Assembly (NCBI RefSeq): GCF_000002865.3
Contig: NW_001865078.1
Location: 170,103-227,610, forward strand
DNA length: 57,508 bases
Source of the DNA: Monosiga brevicollis MX1
Lineage: Eukaryota
Reading direction: 5' to 3'
Shown here one piece after another: positions 23,959-37,200 of this stretch. How positions within the stretch are numbered: the first letter of the stretch is position 1; each line of letters opens with the position of its first letter. The notes beneath the pieces were generated by a model. It had not been told where the DNA came from. It was given only the letters and a program-made list of their open reading frames with translations, and did not search any database. The position numbers were made by a program, and so were the translations under genes.

Positions 23959-26900
23959 AAGCAGAGAAGCATAGCTTGCTTGTATGACGTTCATGAGCAT
24001 CTCTTGGAAGCGGCTTCGTCAGCAGATCAGCTATCATCTCATCAGTAGGACAATACACAATGTCCAATTGCTGTCGCTCGTACATCTCACGTAACGCGTA
24101 AAATTTGATCAACATGTGATGTTGTCCACGCTGTGCATTGCCATTGATCACGTTGGCGATGGCAGGTTGGTTGTCGCAATAGATGAGTGGTTTCAAGTCG
24201 GGTGAGAGATCCAACAACTCGTCCATCAGTTCATGCAGGATCAGGCTCTTGATAGCACCACTGTGTGCAGCCATATACTCAGCTTCTGCAGTTGATGCTG
24301 CTGTAGTCGTCTGTCGCTTGGAACGCCAGTATACTGGTCCGTTGCACAAGAAAATAACGCAACCTTCACGTGATTTCTTGTCATGCTCTTGAGCAAAGCT
24401 TGCATCAACGTACGTATCCAGCTGCAATCTCGTAGCAGGCGCTTGGCAGCTTGCCAGTGAGTCTCATCAAACCCCTGATTGTGAGCACTCAGGAAGCTAA
24501 CTGTGGCAGCAATGTCTGGTCGAGTGTGAGTAGCCAGGTAATTGAGCTTGCCTGTCAGCTTGCGAAAGGGAAATGACTCATCTCGGGAATCGATTCGCTC
24601 GAGCTTGAGTCCAGCAGGCCACGGTGTCGCTGTTGGCTTGGATGAAGCCATGTTGAACTCCTTGAGAATGCTTTCGATGTATGCAGTCTGCTTGATCACG
24701 ATGGAGTCCTTCGAAATGGTAAACTCCATGTTCAGAAAGTTCTTGATCTGTCCAAAGTCTTTAGTCTCAAACTTGTGCAAGAGCTTCTGCTTGAAGTCGG
24801 CAATGATGCGCTCAGAGCTGCCCACGAGCACGATGTCGTCAACATAGGCCAATGCCCATAGCGTGTCGATGCCTGCCGTGTAGACGTAAACACATTCATC
24901 CTGTCGGAGTCGGCGGCAGTGCAGCCCAGTTCGAAAATACTTGTCGAGTTCAAGGTACCATGCTCGCGAGGCTTGCTTCAGGCCATAGACTGCCTTGTTG
25001 AGCTTTGCATACTCACAACCCCCAAGTCCAGCTTCAAGACCACGTGGTACACGTACATAAATGTCTTCTTCGAGAGGGGCGTGAAGAAAAGCCGTCTTCA
25101 CATCCACTTGGTGCACGTGGTAATGCTGATGCGTTGCAAGTGCCATCAACAGGCAGATGGTGGTCATGTTCACCGTTGGCGAGTACGTCTCATCGTAATT
25201 GATGCCTTCACGTTGCTTGAAGCCCTTGGCGACAATGCGGGCCTTGTACCGGCCATCTTGCTTGATGTCGAATACCACACAAAGATCAAGCACATCCGCA
25301 TTGGGCTTGTGGTCCAGGCCAATCAGGACCTGGTGTTCTTGAAAAGATGCCATCTCATTGTCCAAGGCACGTTGCCAGGCGGAAGCATCTGGGCGAGTGA
25401 GAGCGTCTGCCACGCTCTGTGGTAGTTTTGCAGTCGAGCACCGGTTGGCAAAGTGGCCTAGTTCGGTTTCATTCAGGCGATCATACTTGCTCTTGTTTCG
25501 GCCATTGCCGGCGCTTCGGCGTGCTGCTAGGCGGGCTCCAATACCGTCGTCTGCTTCAGGACTGCTGGGCAAGGAATGATTTGTTGGTGAGGCAAATGGT
25601 GTTGCATCTGGACTTGATGTTGCTGTTGGTGATCCTGGCACCGGTTCTGGGTCATCAAACATCATTGGTACCATAGCCTCTGTGGTCTCCAGGTCAGCAC
25701 TTGCATGAGTGTAATCCGCACTGCGCCATGGCTGCAGCGAGTCGAGTGATGGCAACGTCACATTCTCCCCCTCATCACGAGAGTGGGGCGTCAGCTTCAA
25801 GTGCACGGTCTCAATCATCTTCTTGGTATCCAGCATGTACACCTTGTGCGAGAGCTTGGCAGGGGAATATCCCACGTAAATGCCCTTGCGCGCCTTGCGG
25901 CCAAACTTGAAGTCGCGGTGGTCCTTGTCACAGACGTACGCATCTGCACCAAAATCATGCAGGTCCAGGAGTGTATGTGGGTTGCGGCCATGCAAAAGCT
26001 GGTAGGCCGACATGTCGTTGAGAACCTCCTTGACCTTGATGTTGATCAAATATTCAGCGTGCTTGGCTGCATACGCCCAAAAGCCACGGGATAGCTTGCT
26101 GTCCTCCAGCAGTACACCAACCATGTCTCGAATTTCACGAAACGTGTTCTCAATCGCACCATTCATCTGCGGTGTGCGAGGTGGCGAGCAGCGCCACGTA
26201 ATACCGAGCTCCTTGAGCTTGGTTCGGAAGGCAGTGCTGCGATACGGTCCATCGTTGTCACTCTGAAAGATAGTCTGCCGGGCAATATCGCGCTCATTGA
26301 CCTTGACGGGAATGCTTGAATCGCGCAACATACGCTGAAAGCTCACCAGCAGCTCGTCTTTGCTCTTGACCGGGTCCAAGAACAGGTAACCAGTGGCAAT
26401 GTCCTTGTATGCAATGATGTACTTGTCGCCACGCAATGATGGGGGCGAAATGGGGCCAAACATGTCCGAGACCATCAAATCTCCCGGGCGACGAGGTGCC
26501 CTCGGTTCAGCTTTCTTGGGAATGGAGGCGAGCTTGGCCTTGTGAAGATGACATTCCTCGCAGCTGTCTAGCTTGTTCTCCAACTGCGTCAAGTCGACCT
26601 CCTTGTCCTTCAACATCTTGCGCGTTGCTGCTGCGGGTGGGTGTCCTAGGCGTCGGTGCATGTCAACAATGGTGTCATAGGACATATCTCGTACGACGTC
26701 AATGTCAAATGTGTAGAGTGGCAGTCCGTGCATCTTGTACTGAGCCTTCCACACCACGTTGTCCTGCTTCATGACAATGGTATCATAGCTTGGCATGGTC
26801 ACGTCCACGCCGGTCTTGCCCAGTTGACTCGTCGAAATGAGGTTGCGGGAAAAATCAGGCACGTAGCAGGCATCACGCAGCACGATCTGCTGCATCACTC

Positions 26901-27408
26901 CATCTTCATCCGTCACCAGCATACGAGCCGTACCAATGGCTTGAGATACCACCATGCGTCCTCCAGCATCAATCGGGACCTTGTGGATCTCCATGCTTTC
27001 GAAAAGTTTGGCATTGTTCAGAAAATGGCTGCTTGCTCCTGTGTCCACAATGGCCATGTCTTGACCTACTGGAATGCTTGCATGTGCCTCCTCCTGCACC
27101 GTGACAACGCTCACGTGCGCATAGGCACCAGGCGGCCCATTCTTCTGGTTCTTCTTGACGTCGTTTTTCTTCTTCTTGCAGTCAGCTTGCTTGTGGCCAT
27201 AGCCCTTGCAATAATGACAGTTGCCGTCAAAACGATGAAATTCATCTTGTTGTTCCTTGGAATGCTGCTTGCCGCGGCGCACACCACGGCGCCCCCGGCC
27301 ACGACCATAATTGCCTTGGTCAGGATACCTTTGGCCAGAACCACGTCCACGGTGAGATTGAGAGGCGTAGTAGGCTGCCTCAGCTTCTTGTTGTTCCTCA
27401 CACGGCAA
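23957..27408 (-). pseudogene. Copia gag-pol polyprotein, frameshifted near 24425 and lacking the capsid part of gag
   Basis: Two overlapping ORFs carry RT and RNase H separately. The YLKGT...GL segment usually found after AAKRLLR is absent. The ORF starts only about 60 aa before the zinc knuckle. Confidence 0.8.
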
Positions 27409-27708
27409 AATCCAACCCTTGGTTACGACGAATGAAATCTCCTTGTTCTCGGTAAGGTGTCACAGGCACCAAGTACACAGCTCCAGCCAGGCGACACAAG
27501 CACCAAGGCGAGCTCAAAAATTTTCCGCACAGCTCCAACCGGACGACACAGGCATCCACAGTGAGCTCAGGCTTTGTACAGCTCCAGCCGAGTGACACAG
27601 GCACTCCAGGCGAGCTCAGCTCTCACAGCTCCAGCTGGTGCAGCGCAACCACAGCGAGCTAGAAGCCGCAACACAGATCGAGACGAATTGTCAGCATGCG
27701 TCCATCGA

Positions 27709-27719
27709 GGCCCATAACC
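27709..27719 (-). promoter_or_regulatory. Primer binding site (copia-type GGTTATGGGCC)
   Basis: Minus strand ...CCTCA aa GGTTATGGGCC immediately inside the 5' LTR; this motif is typical of copia elements primed by an internal tRNA-Met fragment. Confidence 0.75.
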
Positions 27720-27721
27720 TT

Positions 27722-27992
27722 TGAGGATATGATCTGTTTGTGGTCAATTCACAAAGCAAACAGAGGAAATTGAAACGGGAAAGGTACAAAGTAAAAATGC
27801 CACTTCCGGTCTACAGGACCGTACTTATATCTCGGTGGCAGGAACAATCACAATGTTCTACAGGCTTCCTTGACGAGCGCCGTCAAGGATCATCAGACAT
27901 CATCCTGCAGTCGTTAATCACGATAGTCAGGACTGGTATCTTCCAGTATGTTCCAGCAGCTTCTGGACATACGTCTATGCTTGTAGGCCAAT
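27722..27992 (-). repeat. 5' LTR of the copia element
   Basis: Begins TG on the plus strand (ends CA on the minus strand) next to the PBS; homologous to 23702-23949. Confidence 0.88.
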
Positions 27993-30900
27993 GAGGCTGG
28001 CTGGAAGGTCCGGCCCAAGCACTGTGCGGAGGCGCGCTCCCAGCGTGCTCTGTTCAGGGTGCAGAAAGACCAGCAGCGCTGGAAAGTGTTGGTGCAGCAG
28101 CTCTGCCAGTGCCGCCACCTGGTCTACCTGTGTTTGATCCGATAGTTGTCGCTGCGAAGTGACCAGACGCTCCTTCATAGTTTGTAATCGAGCCTCGAGG
28201 CCAGCTCGCATCTCTTCGGGAGCCAAGGGCAAGAATGCCGTGGTTGCCTGGATGTTGTTCTGCAGCTCGGCCACTTTCTCGTGGATGGATACGACTTGAT
28301 CCGTGCGGCTCTGCGTGATGCCATCGGCATAGCTTTGGCACGAAGTTAGCACGGACAGCGTCGTGGTCTGCCAGTCGATCATGTCTTGCAACTGCTGCAC
28401 CAGGGCTTGCGCCTCGTGAAGCGCAAACGCCAGATACCAGTCTTGATGTCCATAGTCATGCTCTGCTCTCCAGGTTATCAGCTGCTCCAGGCCGTTCTGC
28501 TCGGGCAAGCTCAGCTTTTCGTGGGCTTGGCACAACTCCTCCCAGGCCTCGGGCAATGCCTCGGCTGGAGGTGGTGCACTCACATCCAAGCCTTCCACAC
28601 ACTGCTCTAGTGTGTCCACGCGATGGTCCGTGTCAGTGGTTCCCGCTCTTGCCACAGCACGCAGGGCAGTAATCAGCGCCTTCGCCAGCTGCTGGAGGTT
28701 GCTGTTGGCGTTGGTGAACAGTTCTATGCGGTTGGTTTCCACGTCGCGTAGCATGGCGACTTTATCCAGGGCTGCACCGAGGTTGGCGGGCGGCGTTTCG
28801 GGTGCCATTGTCAGCGTGGTGGGTGGAGCGGGGCACGCTGCCAGCACGGTCTGAAGCTCGAGAAGCACTGGCTGTAGCTCAAAACCAGCAGCGGCATTGT
28901 GCAGCGCTTGCAGTACTGATTCTAGGTTGTCAGTGTTGGGGTCCAATTGACCCAAGCGGTTGTTCAACGCTTCGGGCGCTGCCAGTGCCTGGTCGAGCGC
29001 GCCGAGGGCCTGGGTGGTGGTCGCCTGGAAGGCAGCCCAGTCCATGGCAGGAAACTCTGGTGGCGCTTTATCGATGGTCCTCTGGATGTCCGCAACTGCC
29101 GTTGCAAGATTGGGGTTTTGTTTGGCGGCACCTCTGATAAAGGCATCGAGGTGGGGGAGGGGATGGCTGGTGGTGCGCTCCGGCAGGAGGGGCCTGAGCC
29201 AAGTGTCCACCGCCACCACAATACAGGCCGTGGTCTAATTAAGGGTTGTGTGGTGCCATCGGTCGTGATCAGGTTGGATGAGGCCGTGGGGATTGGGGCA
29301 GTAAATGCATTGGGGAAAACAAGATGGGAGAGCAGGCTCACCTCGAGGGTGGGGGTGGTGGGCAGAGGCGGCAGCCAGGTAGAAGGCGGTGCAGGCGCGG
29401 GCGAAGCAAGGGGCGCGGATGATTGGGCCAGGCAAGCCTCATGGGCAGTAAACACGGGCTTCAGCTTGTCGTCATGCCCGTATAGACGTCCGTATTCGAG
29501 GGGCGTTTGACCACGCTGAGAACATGGCCACAGTCAAGCGATCGGAACGTGCGAGGTGGGCAACCACACGAAGTTGAGTTGAGCGATGTGACAAAGCTTC
29601 AGAGTGTGTCAGAGCCGCCAAACACGAGGGCATTATACAAATAGTGCGGGCAGGAACCGGGGTCCGAAAAGAGGCGCGTTTGGAAAAAAAAAAAAAAAAA
29701 AAAAAAAGGAGCGGCGCGTGTGCCGGGGCAAAACTGAAGGCACGGACACCAAAAGCCGCTGGAGCGCAAGCGAGGCAGAGGTGTGATGGCAAGGGGTAGA
29801 GTGGTGCCCGGATAGATCAGAAAAGGGGAGAGCGAGAACGGCAGGCGGAAGAAATCATGCAAAACGGGGTAAGAAGAGGGATAGCGGGAAAAAAGAAAAG
29901 GAGCCAGAGGTGGAACGGACGAGCACGGGTGGGCAGGGCGTGAAGGAGAGAAGAACGGGGGGCAAAGGCGACGAGCAGCGGCAGCAGGAGCAGTAGCCAG
30001 AGAGGAGGGGAAGAGGGAGTTCCTGTACTGACATTGTCCTTGGCTTTGGCATCAGCACCGTGCTTCAACAGCATGTCCACCACCTCAACATGACCGCCAA
30101 TGCAGGCAACGTGCAGTGGCGTTTCACCACCCTGTGGGATGATGCAAACAGCACGACGTACATGCACAGCAACTTTTTCATCATCATGTGGTACAGGTGT
30201 ATATCATGGGGGGGGAGGAAGGTACTGACGTTGTCCTTGGCTTTGGCATCAGCACCGTGCTTCAACAGCATCCCCATCACCTTGACATGACCCTTATGGC
30301 AGGCAACGTGCAGTGGTGTACGGCCATCCTGTGTGATGCATCAGCATGACGTACAGCATCATCATCATCATCATCATGTGGTACAGGTGTATCATCATAA
30401 AGGGAGGGTAAGGGGGTGAAGAGGGAGGTACTGAACTGACGTTGTTCTTGGTTGTAGCATCACCACCGTGCTCCAACAGCATCTCCACCACCTTGACATG
30501 ATCCTGATCGCAGGCATAGTGCAGTGGTGTATAGCCATCCTGTGGAATGATGCATCAGCGTTATATACAGCATTATCATCTTCATCATCATGTGATCCAG
30601 GTGTACCATCATGGAGGTACTGCACTGACCTTGTCCTTGGCTTCAGTAGCAGCACCGTGCTTCAACAGCATGTCCACCACCTTGACGTTACCGTTACTGC
30701 AGGCATCGTGCAGTGGTGTACGGCCATTCTAGGTGATGCATCAGCATGACGTACAGGTACAGCATCATCGTCATCATGTGGTACAGGTGTATATCAACAA
30801 AAGGAGGGTAAAGGGGGAAAAGAGAGGTACTGAACTGACGTTGTTCTTGGTTGTAGCACCACCACCGTGCTCCAACAGCATCTCCACCACCTTGACATGA

Positions 30901-31967
30901 TCCTGATCGCAGGCATAGTGCAGTGGTGTATAGCCATCCTGTGGAATGATGCATCAGCGTTATATACAGCATTATCATCTTCATCATCATGTGATCCAGG
31001 TGTACCATCATGGAGGTACTGCACTGACCTTGTCCTTGGCTTCAGTAGCAGCACCGTGCTTCAACAGCATGTCCACCACCTTGACGTTACCGTTACTGCA
31101 GGCATCGTGCAGTGGTGTACGGCCATTCTAGGTGATGCATCAGCATGACGTACAGGTACAGCATCATCATCATCATGTGGTACAGGTGTATATCAACAAA
31201 GGGAGGGTAAGGGGGTGAAGAGGGAGGTACTGAACTGACGTTGTTTTTGGCTTTGGCATCAGCACCGTGCTCCAACAGCATCTCCACCACCTTGACATGA
31301 TCCTGATGGCAGGCATAGTGCAGTGGTGTATAGCCATCCTGTGGAATGATGCATCAGCGTTATATACAGCATTATCATCTTCATCATCATGTGATCCAGG
31401 TGTACCATCATGGAGGTACTGCACTGACCTTGTCCTTGGCTTCAGTAGCAGCACCGTGCTTCAACAGCATGTCCACCACCTTGACGTTACCGTTACTGCA
31501 GGCATCGTGCAGTGGTGTACGGCCATTCTGGGTGATGCATCAGCATGACGTACAGGTACAGCATCAGCATCATCATCGTTATCATGTGGTACAGGTGCAC
31601 CATCATGTAGGGGGTAAAGGTGCGAGGAGGAAGGAACTGTACTGACCCTGGCCTTGGCTTTAGCATCAGCACCGTGCTTCAACAGAATCTTCACCACATT
31701 GAGATGACCGTGAATGCAGGCATAGAGCAGTGGTGTATAGCCAATCTATGGGATGATGCCGTTTATGTTCGATGTTAGACCTCATTCAGTGACATATTCA
31801 AAGTGTAACCAATATCACACAGCATCATATCAAACAGCACATACACTAGATTTGTAATTGGCAGCAGCTCGAATGCATTGGTCGTCCCAACTGGTCAACA
31901 GCTGCAGCACCTCTCGGGGATCTGATGAACAACACGCCCTGTACAGCCGCTGTCCATCATCACTCAT
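27975..31967 (-). pseudogene. Ankyrin-kinase-PARP paralogue copy 2, truncated just before the kinase (9 canonical ankyrin exons + linker, stop inside the LTR)
   Basis: ATG 31967 (MSDDGQRLYRAC). Nine 99-bp ANK exons between 31745 and 30033. ORF 27975..29219 is nearly identical to the copy 1 linker up to ...DLPASLI, then reads GLQA* in the LTR. Confidence 0.85.
30330..31560. repeat. Three near-identical ~400-bp tandem units, each holding two ankyrin exons plus introns
   Basis: Near-identical ORF translations recur at 30468, 30867 and 31267 (offsets 399 and 400). Confidence 0.9.
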
Positions 31968-34230
31968 GGTCACGGTACCTCTTTAACACCAGATTCTGTT
32001 TTCTTGCTTCTCTATCCAGCATCAATCGCATGAGCCCCCTCCAAGTCTGACAACCCAAAATTCGGACTGGAATTCGACGTGCGCGCGCAGTTTTCAAAGC
32101 GGCAGCCGGTCAGCGGGTCTTTCCTCTTCCCTGCCTGATGCAGCAAACGACTCACCTTTGGCCAACAGTTCTCGGTGACAGTTGCGAGGACCGGTGTACT
32201 TGCTTGCCCAAGCGCACGTTGTCGACTGCGAGGCGAGATCAGTGGCCTCACCAAAGAGAAAATAGTGCGTTACCACAAGTGCTGATCGGAGGGTCCCGAG
32301 CACAAGCAATCAGTCACCACACAAAGCAAGACACGTCAAGCAGCTCGCTGATGCCGACGTCAATGTCGACACCGATGCCAAAGAGGGGAAGAAGGAAGAA
32401 GAGGAAAGAAGAAGTAAATGCGGGGAGGGGGGTCATCGATAAACAATGATGATCGAATTCATCGAAGAACACTTGTTCAGAACAAATTGTATAAGCTAAA
32501 ATTCCTAAAAAATTAAATCTTACGATTTGCACAAATGTCCACTTCTGACATCGTTGGAAAGAGGAAAGCCTTTCTGGTGTATTTGAGACGGTGGACGAAG
32601 CTGCCCTGTGGGCCGAGCTAGCCTCACACCAGCGCGTCCGTAAGGATTTTGCCAGGGGTTCCGATGGAGAGCTTTTGACTGAGTTTCTCAGCAATGGCAC
32701 GGCCCAGCCTATTTGAGGTCACTATAACCCGGCGACCGTTGCGCCAATTGACTTGGGATTTTAACAGAGGCTGCATGAGACGAGATGGTCCAAACACCCC
32801 AATAGGTCCATTTGGCCCAAAAGCGACAAAATCTCAGCTTGACCAAAATGACAGTCGTGCAAATCGAAACTCGAGCTTACACAATTGTGAGGTGCAGTCA
32901 GAATGGAGTTTCCAGCGTTGATGAGGTGACGCGTCATGACTGCCACAAAGAGTCCAACATTATCCACAGAGACAACTAACTACCCCTCACAGCTCGCATG
33001 CAGCAAACAACCGTGACTTGTCTCAGAGAGCAAGCACAACTTTGTGTTTTTTTTTCTGCTCAGGACCCCGGTCTTCAAAAGTCGTTTGCCGGTGTTTTTT
33101 GCTGATTCGGGCGTAAATCCGCTGTTTCTCGGGTCTGACGAAAACAAGTGTTGCGGAACTGCTGCCATAACAGCTGGAAAGAATTCCAAGCCCTTTACAA
33201 GCAGATTTTGAAGAGCCGCAAAAACTGGGGCTTGCATGTACACGCGTGCTGCCCGCTGTGCCAGCCATGGCATTCAAAGTTCGTTGGCTAAAACGGTACA
33301 ACCCCTCTGTCCATATCACTCTCATCCCTCCCGCCTGAGCGACCCTTCGAGCTCCTCGTGCTTCTTCCCCTTCGGTCCAGCAATTATAATTGTTGCTGAG
33401 GACGTGATCCATTCGCCTTGCTCTTTCAAAGATGATTCAGCCGGCCTGGGCAGCGAATTAGACTGTCTCGAAAGCTAGTCTTCACGAGCGTTGTGTGAAC
33501 CCGTCCATCCCTAGCATGGTCTGACGCTCCTGTTGCACGCCACATCACACCATGACCAACCAAAAGTCGACCACCATGACAATCACTTGCACGTTGACTT
33601 GCACTTCACGGCCATCATTCTTGGGTGCCATCACGGCCGGTGTGCAAGAGAGGTCAAACACATGTATCTGTGACACGAACCAGTGAGAAAGGAGAGATCG
33701 CGCCTGATGGCACCGTTGTTTCAGTTTGAGAGACGTCCGTTGGAATGGAACAAGAACAGTGGAGGTGTCTTGAGGTCAATTGAACCAGCTGTGGCCGGCA
33801 AGCATTCACAGTGAGCAGACCAGGTGCATCCTTAGAATAGCTGTCGAAGCGCTTATTCCCGAGGATAAGAAAAGTGCAACTCGTGCTCAACCGCAGATGT
33901 CACAACAGGGAGACACAACGGTAAACACAAGTTCATCAGACAGAGCTGCTTGCCAATGCAAAGTACCCAAAGCACGCGAGGTTGGCTCATGTGCCTCTCA
34001 TGAGAAAGGTCTGGTCCAGTGGCGCTTTGTGCAGGTGTGTATGTTAGTCAGGCAGTGAAAGTCGTGCCGGCTATAGTGGGGTTCCCCTGTGGAAAGACTT
34101 GGAGTGGATGACACCGATCATGTGCAAAAGTGGTGGGGGTGCTCAAGTGTGGAAGAACAACGGATTTGACGCGAACAACTAGCAAGTCGTCCAGCCCATA
34201 CTCGTCCAGCTCAAACTCGTCCAGCTCTTC

Positions 34231-37200
34231 CTAATTGGCCGTGTAGTGTACAACCAGCTCGGGATAGATTTGGGCGTTCTCAAACACAATCACCTCATGG
34301 AATTGCCCAGGCGGCGTTGCAATAACCGAGTCATACCTGAAGGAAATTTCAATGGCAAACGCAACAAGTCAGATCAGGTGGCGGGCAAAGTCAACATGCA
34401 ACAAATACACGATTTTGTTCCACGCACCGCTCGTTGTTGGGCGCATCGGGCAGGAGCGGTGGTGCCACCGCCCCAGCACGAGGTGATGGATGGGCATGGG
34501 CATGGCCAAGGAGTGCTCGCGTGATGATGAGCATCCGTTTGTCGTTGGGTCCGGCACGAGCGTACTGATGACTCTGGTATCATGTAGGCACACAATGCGT
34601 CAGAACACCATCACTCATATAGACAAATCGCAATTGAAAGTCAGCGCGGCCATACCTTGCCGGGATGGTCGGCCAGGTAAACACCGAGACCAAATCGGTG
34701 GCCGGCACTGCTGCCAGCAAAGCGATAGTCAAGGCCCAGTCGCACAATCTTGTCGCGCAGCATTGTGTCAGGGCCGATGCCGTGGAGCAACAGGCGCTCT
34801 TGACAGGATGTATCACGGAGCAGAGCTGGAGAGCCGGAGGGTGCATCTAATGTGGACGCTTGGAGTTGATCATAGTGCTCCTGACTTTTGATACGATGCA
34901 ACATCTCGCGTCGCTTGGCGCTGTAGCGCTCCCACAGCACGGGGTTGTGCACGCGCTCTACCCGTTGCACTGCAATATTTGCTGGTCCCCGCCCATCGGT
35001 GTTCAGCTGCTTCAGTAGCTCACCCACCTAGCCACCCAGTAGGTTCAAATCAGACGATTCGTGGAAGCGCCAAAAAGCCAACAAGCAACGCACCTCTGGA
35101 ATAAGCTCGGGCGCATCGCGCAAGACATCAATGGCTGGCCCGGCTTGGGCAAAGGCAGACTGCTGCACGATCTGCCCGGCACTGAAGAGGCTTGGTCGTT
35201 GCTTTGAATCTGTTGCAAGAAAGGCTCGTGTTTCCTTGTACAGATTGCTCACTGCGTCGCACATCTGCACAGAAACACAGCTGTGAACAACAACAACAAC
35301 AACAACAACAACGACGACGACGACGACGACGACGATGACAACCAGAGCGTCTTAAAATTCAAGAAAACAAAATATTTGACTGACCTCGGCCGCCAGATGA
35401 GGAAAGCTGAAGGCATCATCTCCCGCTTAAAAATCCCATCTGCAATGATCCACAACCGCATCGGTTCGTGACTGAGCCGGCGATACCGTTTGTGGGTACA
35501 TGTAGGTGTTGTACAGCACACAGCCGAAGGAAAAGGCATCTTGTGCCGGACGCGCCCCCACACGACCCCGGCCAAAAAGCACCTCCGGTGCGACGTAGCC
35601 CGCCGTGCCCGACGACGCGGTGGCCGTACATGGTAGCATGGTGGCTTCAGCGGCGGCCTTGGTAATGTCAAAGTCGCCCAACCGCACGACGGGCTGGTCC
35701 TCTGCACCGTCCAGCATGACGTTGCTCAGCTTGACATCTCGGTGCACCAGGCCCTTGCTATGCATAAACGCCAGGGCCGTGCGCAGTTGAGTCATCAGAC
35801 TTGCAATTACGGTCGAGGTGGCCAGGTGCCGTGCCGTGCTGAGCCACTGCTGCAAATCACCCTGTGCACACCATGGCTGTACCAGGTATGCGCTCGGGTG
35901 GCCACTGTGTACGTCCACGAGCGCACCGAGGACCGGGATAATGTGTGGGTGCTCAAGCTGCCGCATGGCGCGGAGTTCACGCAGGAATGTACGGCACTGG
36001 TCTTGTTTGTGTTGCCGAGCAAATGCATACTCCTTGACAGCCAAATCTTGCTCCCCAAAATCTGGTATCACGGCGTGGGTCTTGTACACCTTGTGATTTT
36101 GATTATAATGAAGATCAAGCTGACCCAGGTTGGAGAGTGACAGTGTGCGGTCCACTTCAGTCATGGCCTCCAAGATCAGACTGGCTGGAAGGTCGGGGCC
36201 AAGCACTGTGCGGAGCCGCGCTCCCAGCGTGCTCTGTTCAGGGTGCAAAAAGACCAGCAGCGCTGGGAAGTGTTGTTGCAGAAGCCGGGCGAGCTCTACG
36301 ACGTGGTCCACACGTGGCTGATCTGATAATTGCTGTCGCAAGGTGTCGCGTTGCGTTTCTAGCTTTTTGAGTTCTTGCTCGAGAGCAGACCGAAGAACTT
36401 TGGGCACGAGCTGTAGAGCTGCGCTGCTGTTTTGAATCTCAGTCTCCACCTTGGTTAGTTCCTCGTGGGCAGCAGCCGATTCATCATCAACGTCTTGAGT
36501 CAAGCTGTTCACATGACTCATGCACGAGGTCAACACGGAGAGCGTCGTGGCCTGCCAGTCAATCATGTCTTGTAACTGCTGCAGCAGAGCTTGCGACTTG
36601 TGGTGCACAAACGCCAAGTACCAATCCTGATGCTCGTAGTCTGTAGGTGGTTGCCACTGAGCAATTTTTTGAAGGCCATTGTGCTCGAGCAGGCTCAGCT
36701 TCTCGTGAGCTTGGCACAGCTCCTCCCAGGCCTCGGGCAAAGCCTCGGCTGGAGGCGGTGCACTTGCATCCACGCATTGCGCGCATTGCCGTAGCGTTTC
36801 CACGCGATGAATCGTCTCGCTGGTTCCAGCTTTTGCCACGGCGCCCAGGGCATCGATCAAGGCAAGCACTAGGTGCTTGAGGTTGCTGTTGGCACCGGTG
36901 AGCAGCTCTTGACGCTTGGATTCTACGCCGCTTAGAGGGATCACTTTGCCCAGGGCCGCTGCCAGGTCGGTGGGTGGTGTCTCAGGCGCGATTAATGGCG
37001 CGGTGGGTGGAGCGGGGCATGCTGCCAGCACGGCCTGAAGCTCAAGAAGAACTGGCTGCAGCTCGAACCCAGCAATGATATCGTGCAGCTCTTGCAGCAC
37101 TGAGTCCTGGCTGTCACTGTTGGGATCCAATTGCTTCAAGCGGCTGCTCAACGCTTCGGGCGCTTCCAGTGCCTGTTCGAGTGCGTTGAGAGCCTGTGTG

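Larger units (their letters stand above)
23702..27992 (-). mobile_element. Ty1/copia LTR retrotransposon, defective (gag truncated, RT-RNase H frameshift)
   Basis: Direct repeats at 23702-23949 and 27722-27992. Domain order in ORF 24241..27408 is copia type: CCHC knuckle CHYCKGYGHKQADC, protease IVDTGAS, HHCC MHRRLGHP..CEEC, integrase D-D-E (SDMFGP, SDND, NGAIE), RT (DVKTAFL, YGLKQ, YVDD). RNase H (YVDASF, EAEY, CDN, ADLLTK) is in another frame (23957..24427). Confidence 0.95.

Noticed and set aside
27479..27620. Repeat-spacer pattern resembling CRISPR
   Set aside because: Only three imperfect repeats with short uneven spacers, inside a retrotransposon leader, with no cas genes.
30330..31560. 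Tandem array as satellite DNA or CRISPR
   Set aside because: Fully explained by duplicated ankyrin exon-intron units. The copy number could be affected by assembly.
32440..34200. Intergenic stretch with short ORFs, possibly a decayed gene or element
   Set aside because: Frequent stops and no domain or terminal repeats that I can recognise; a translated search would be needed.
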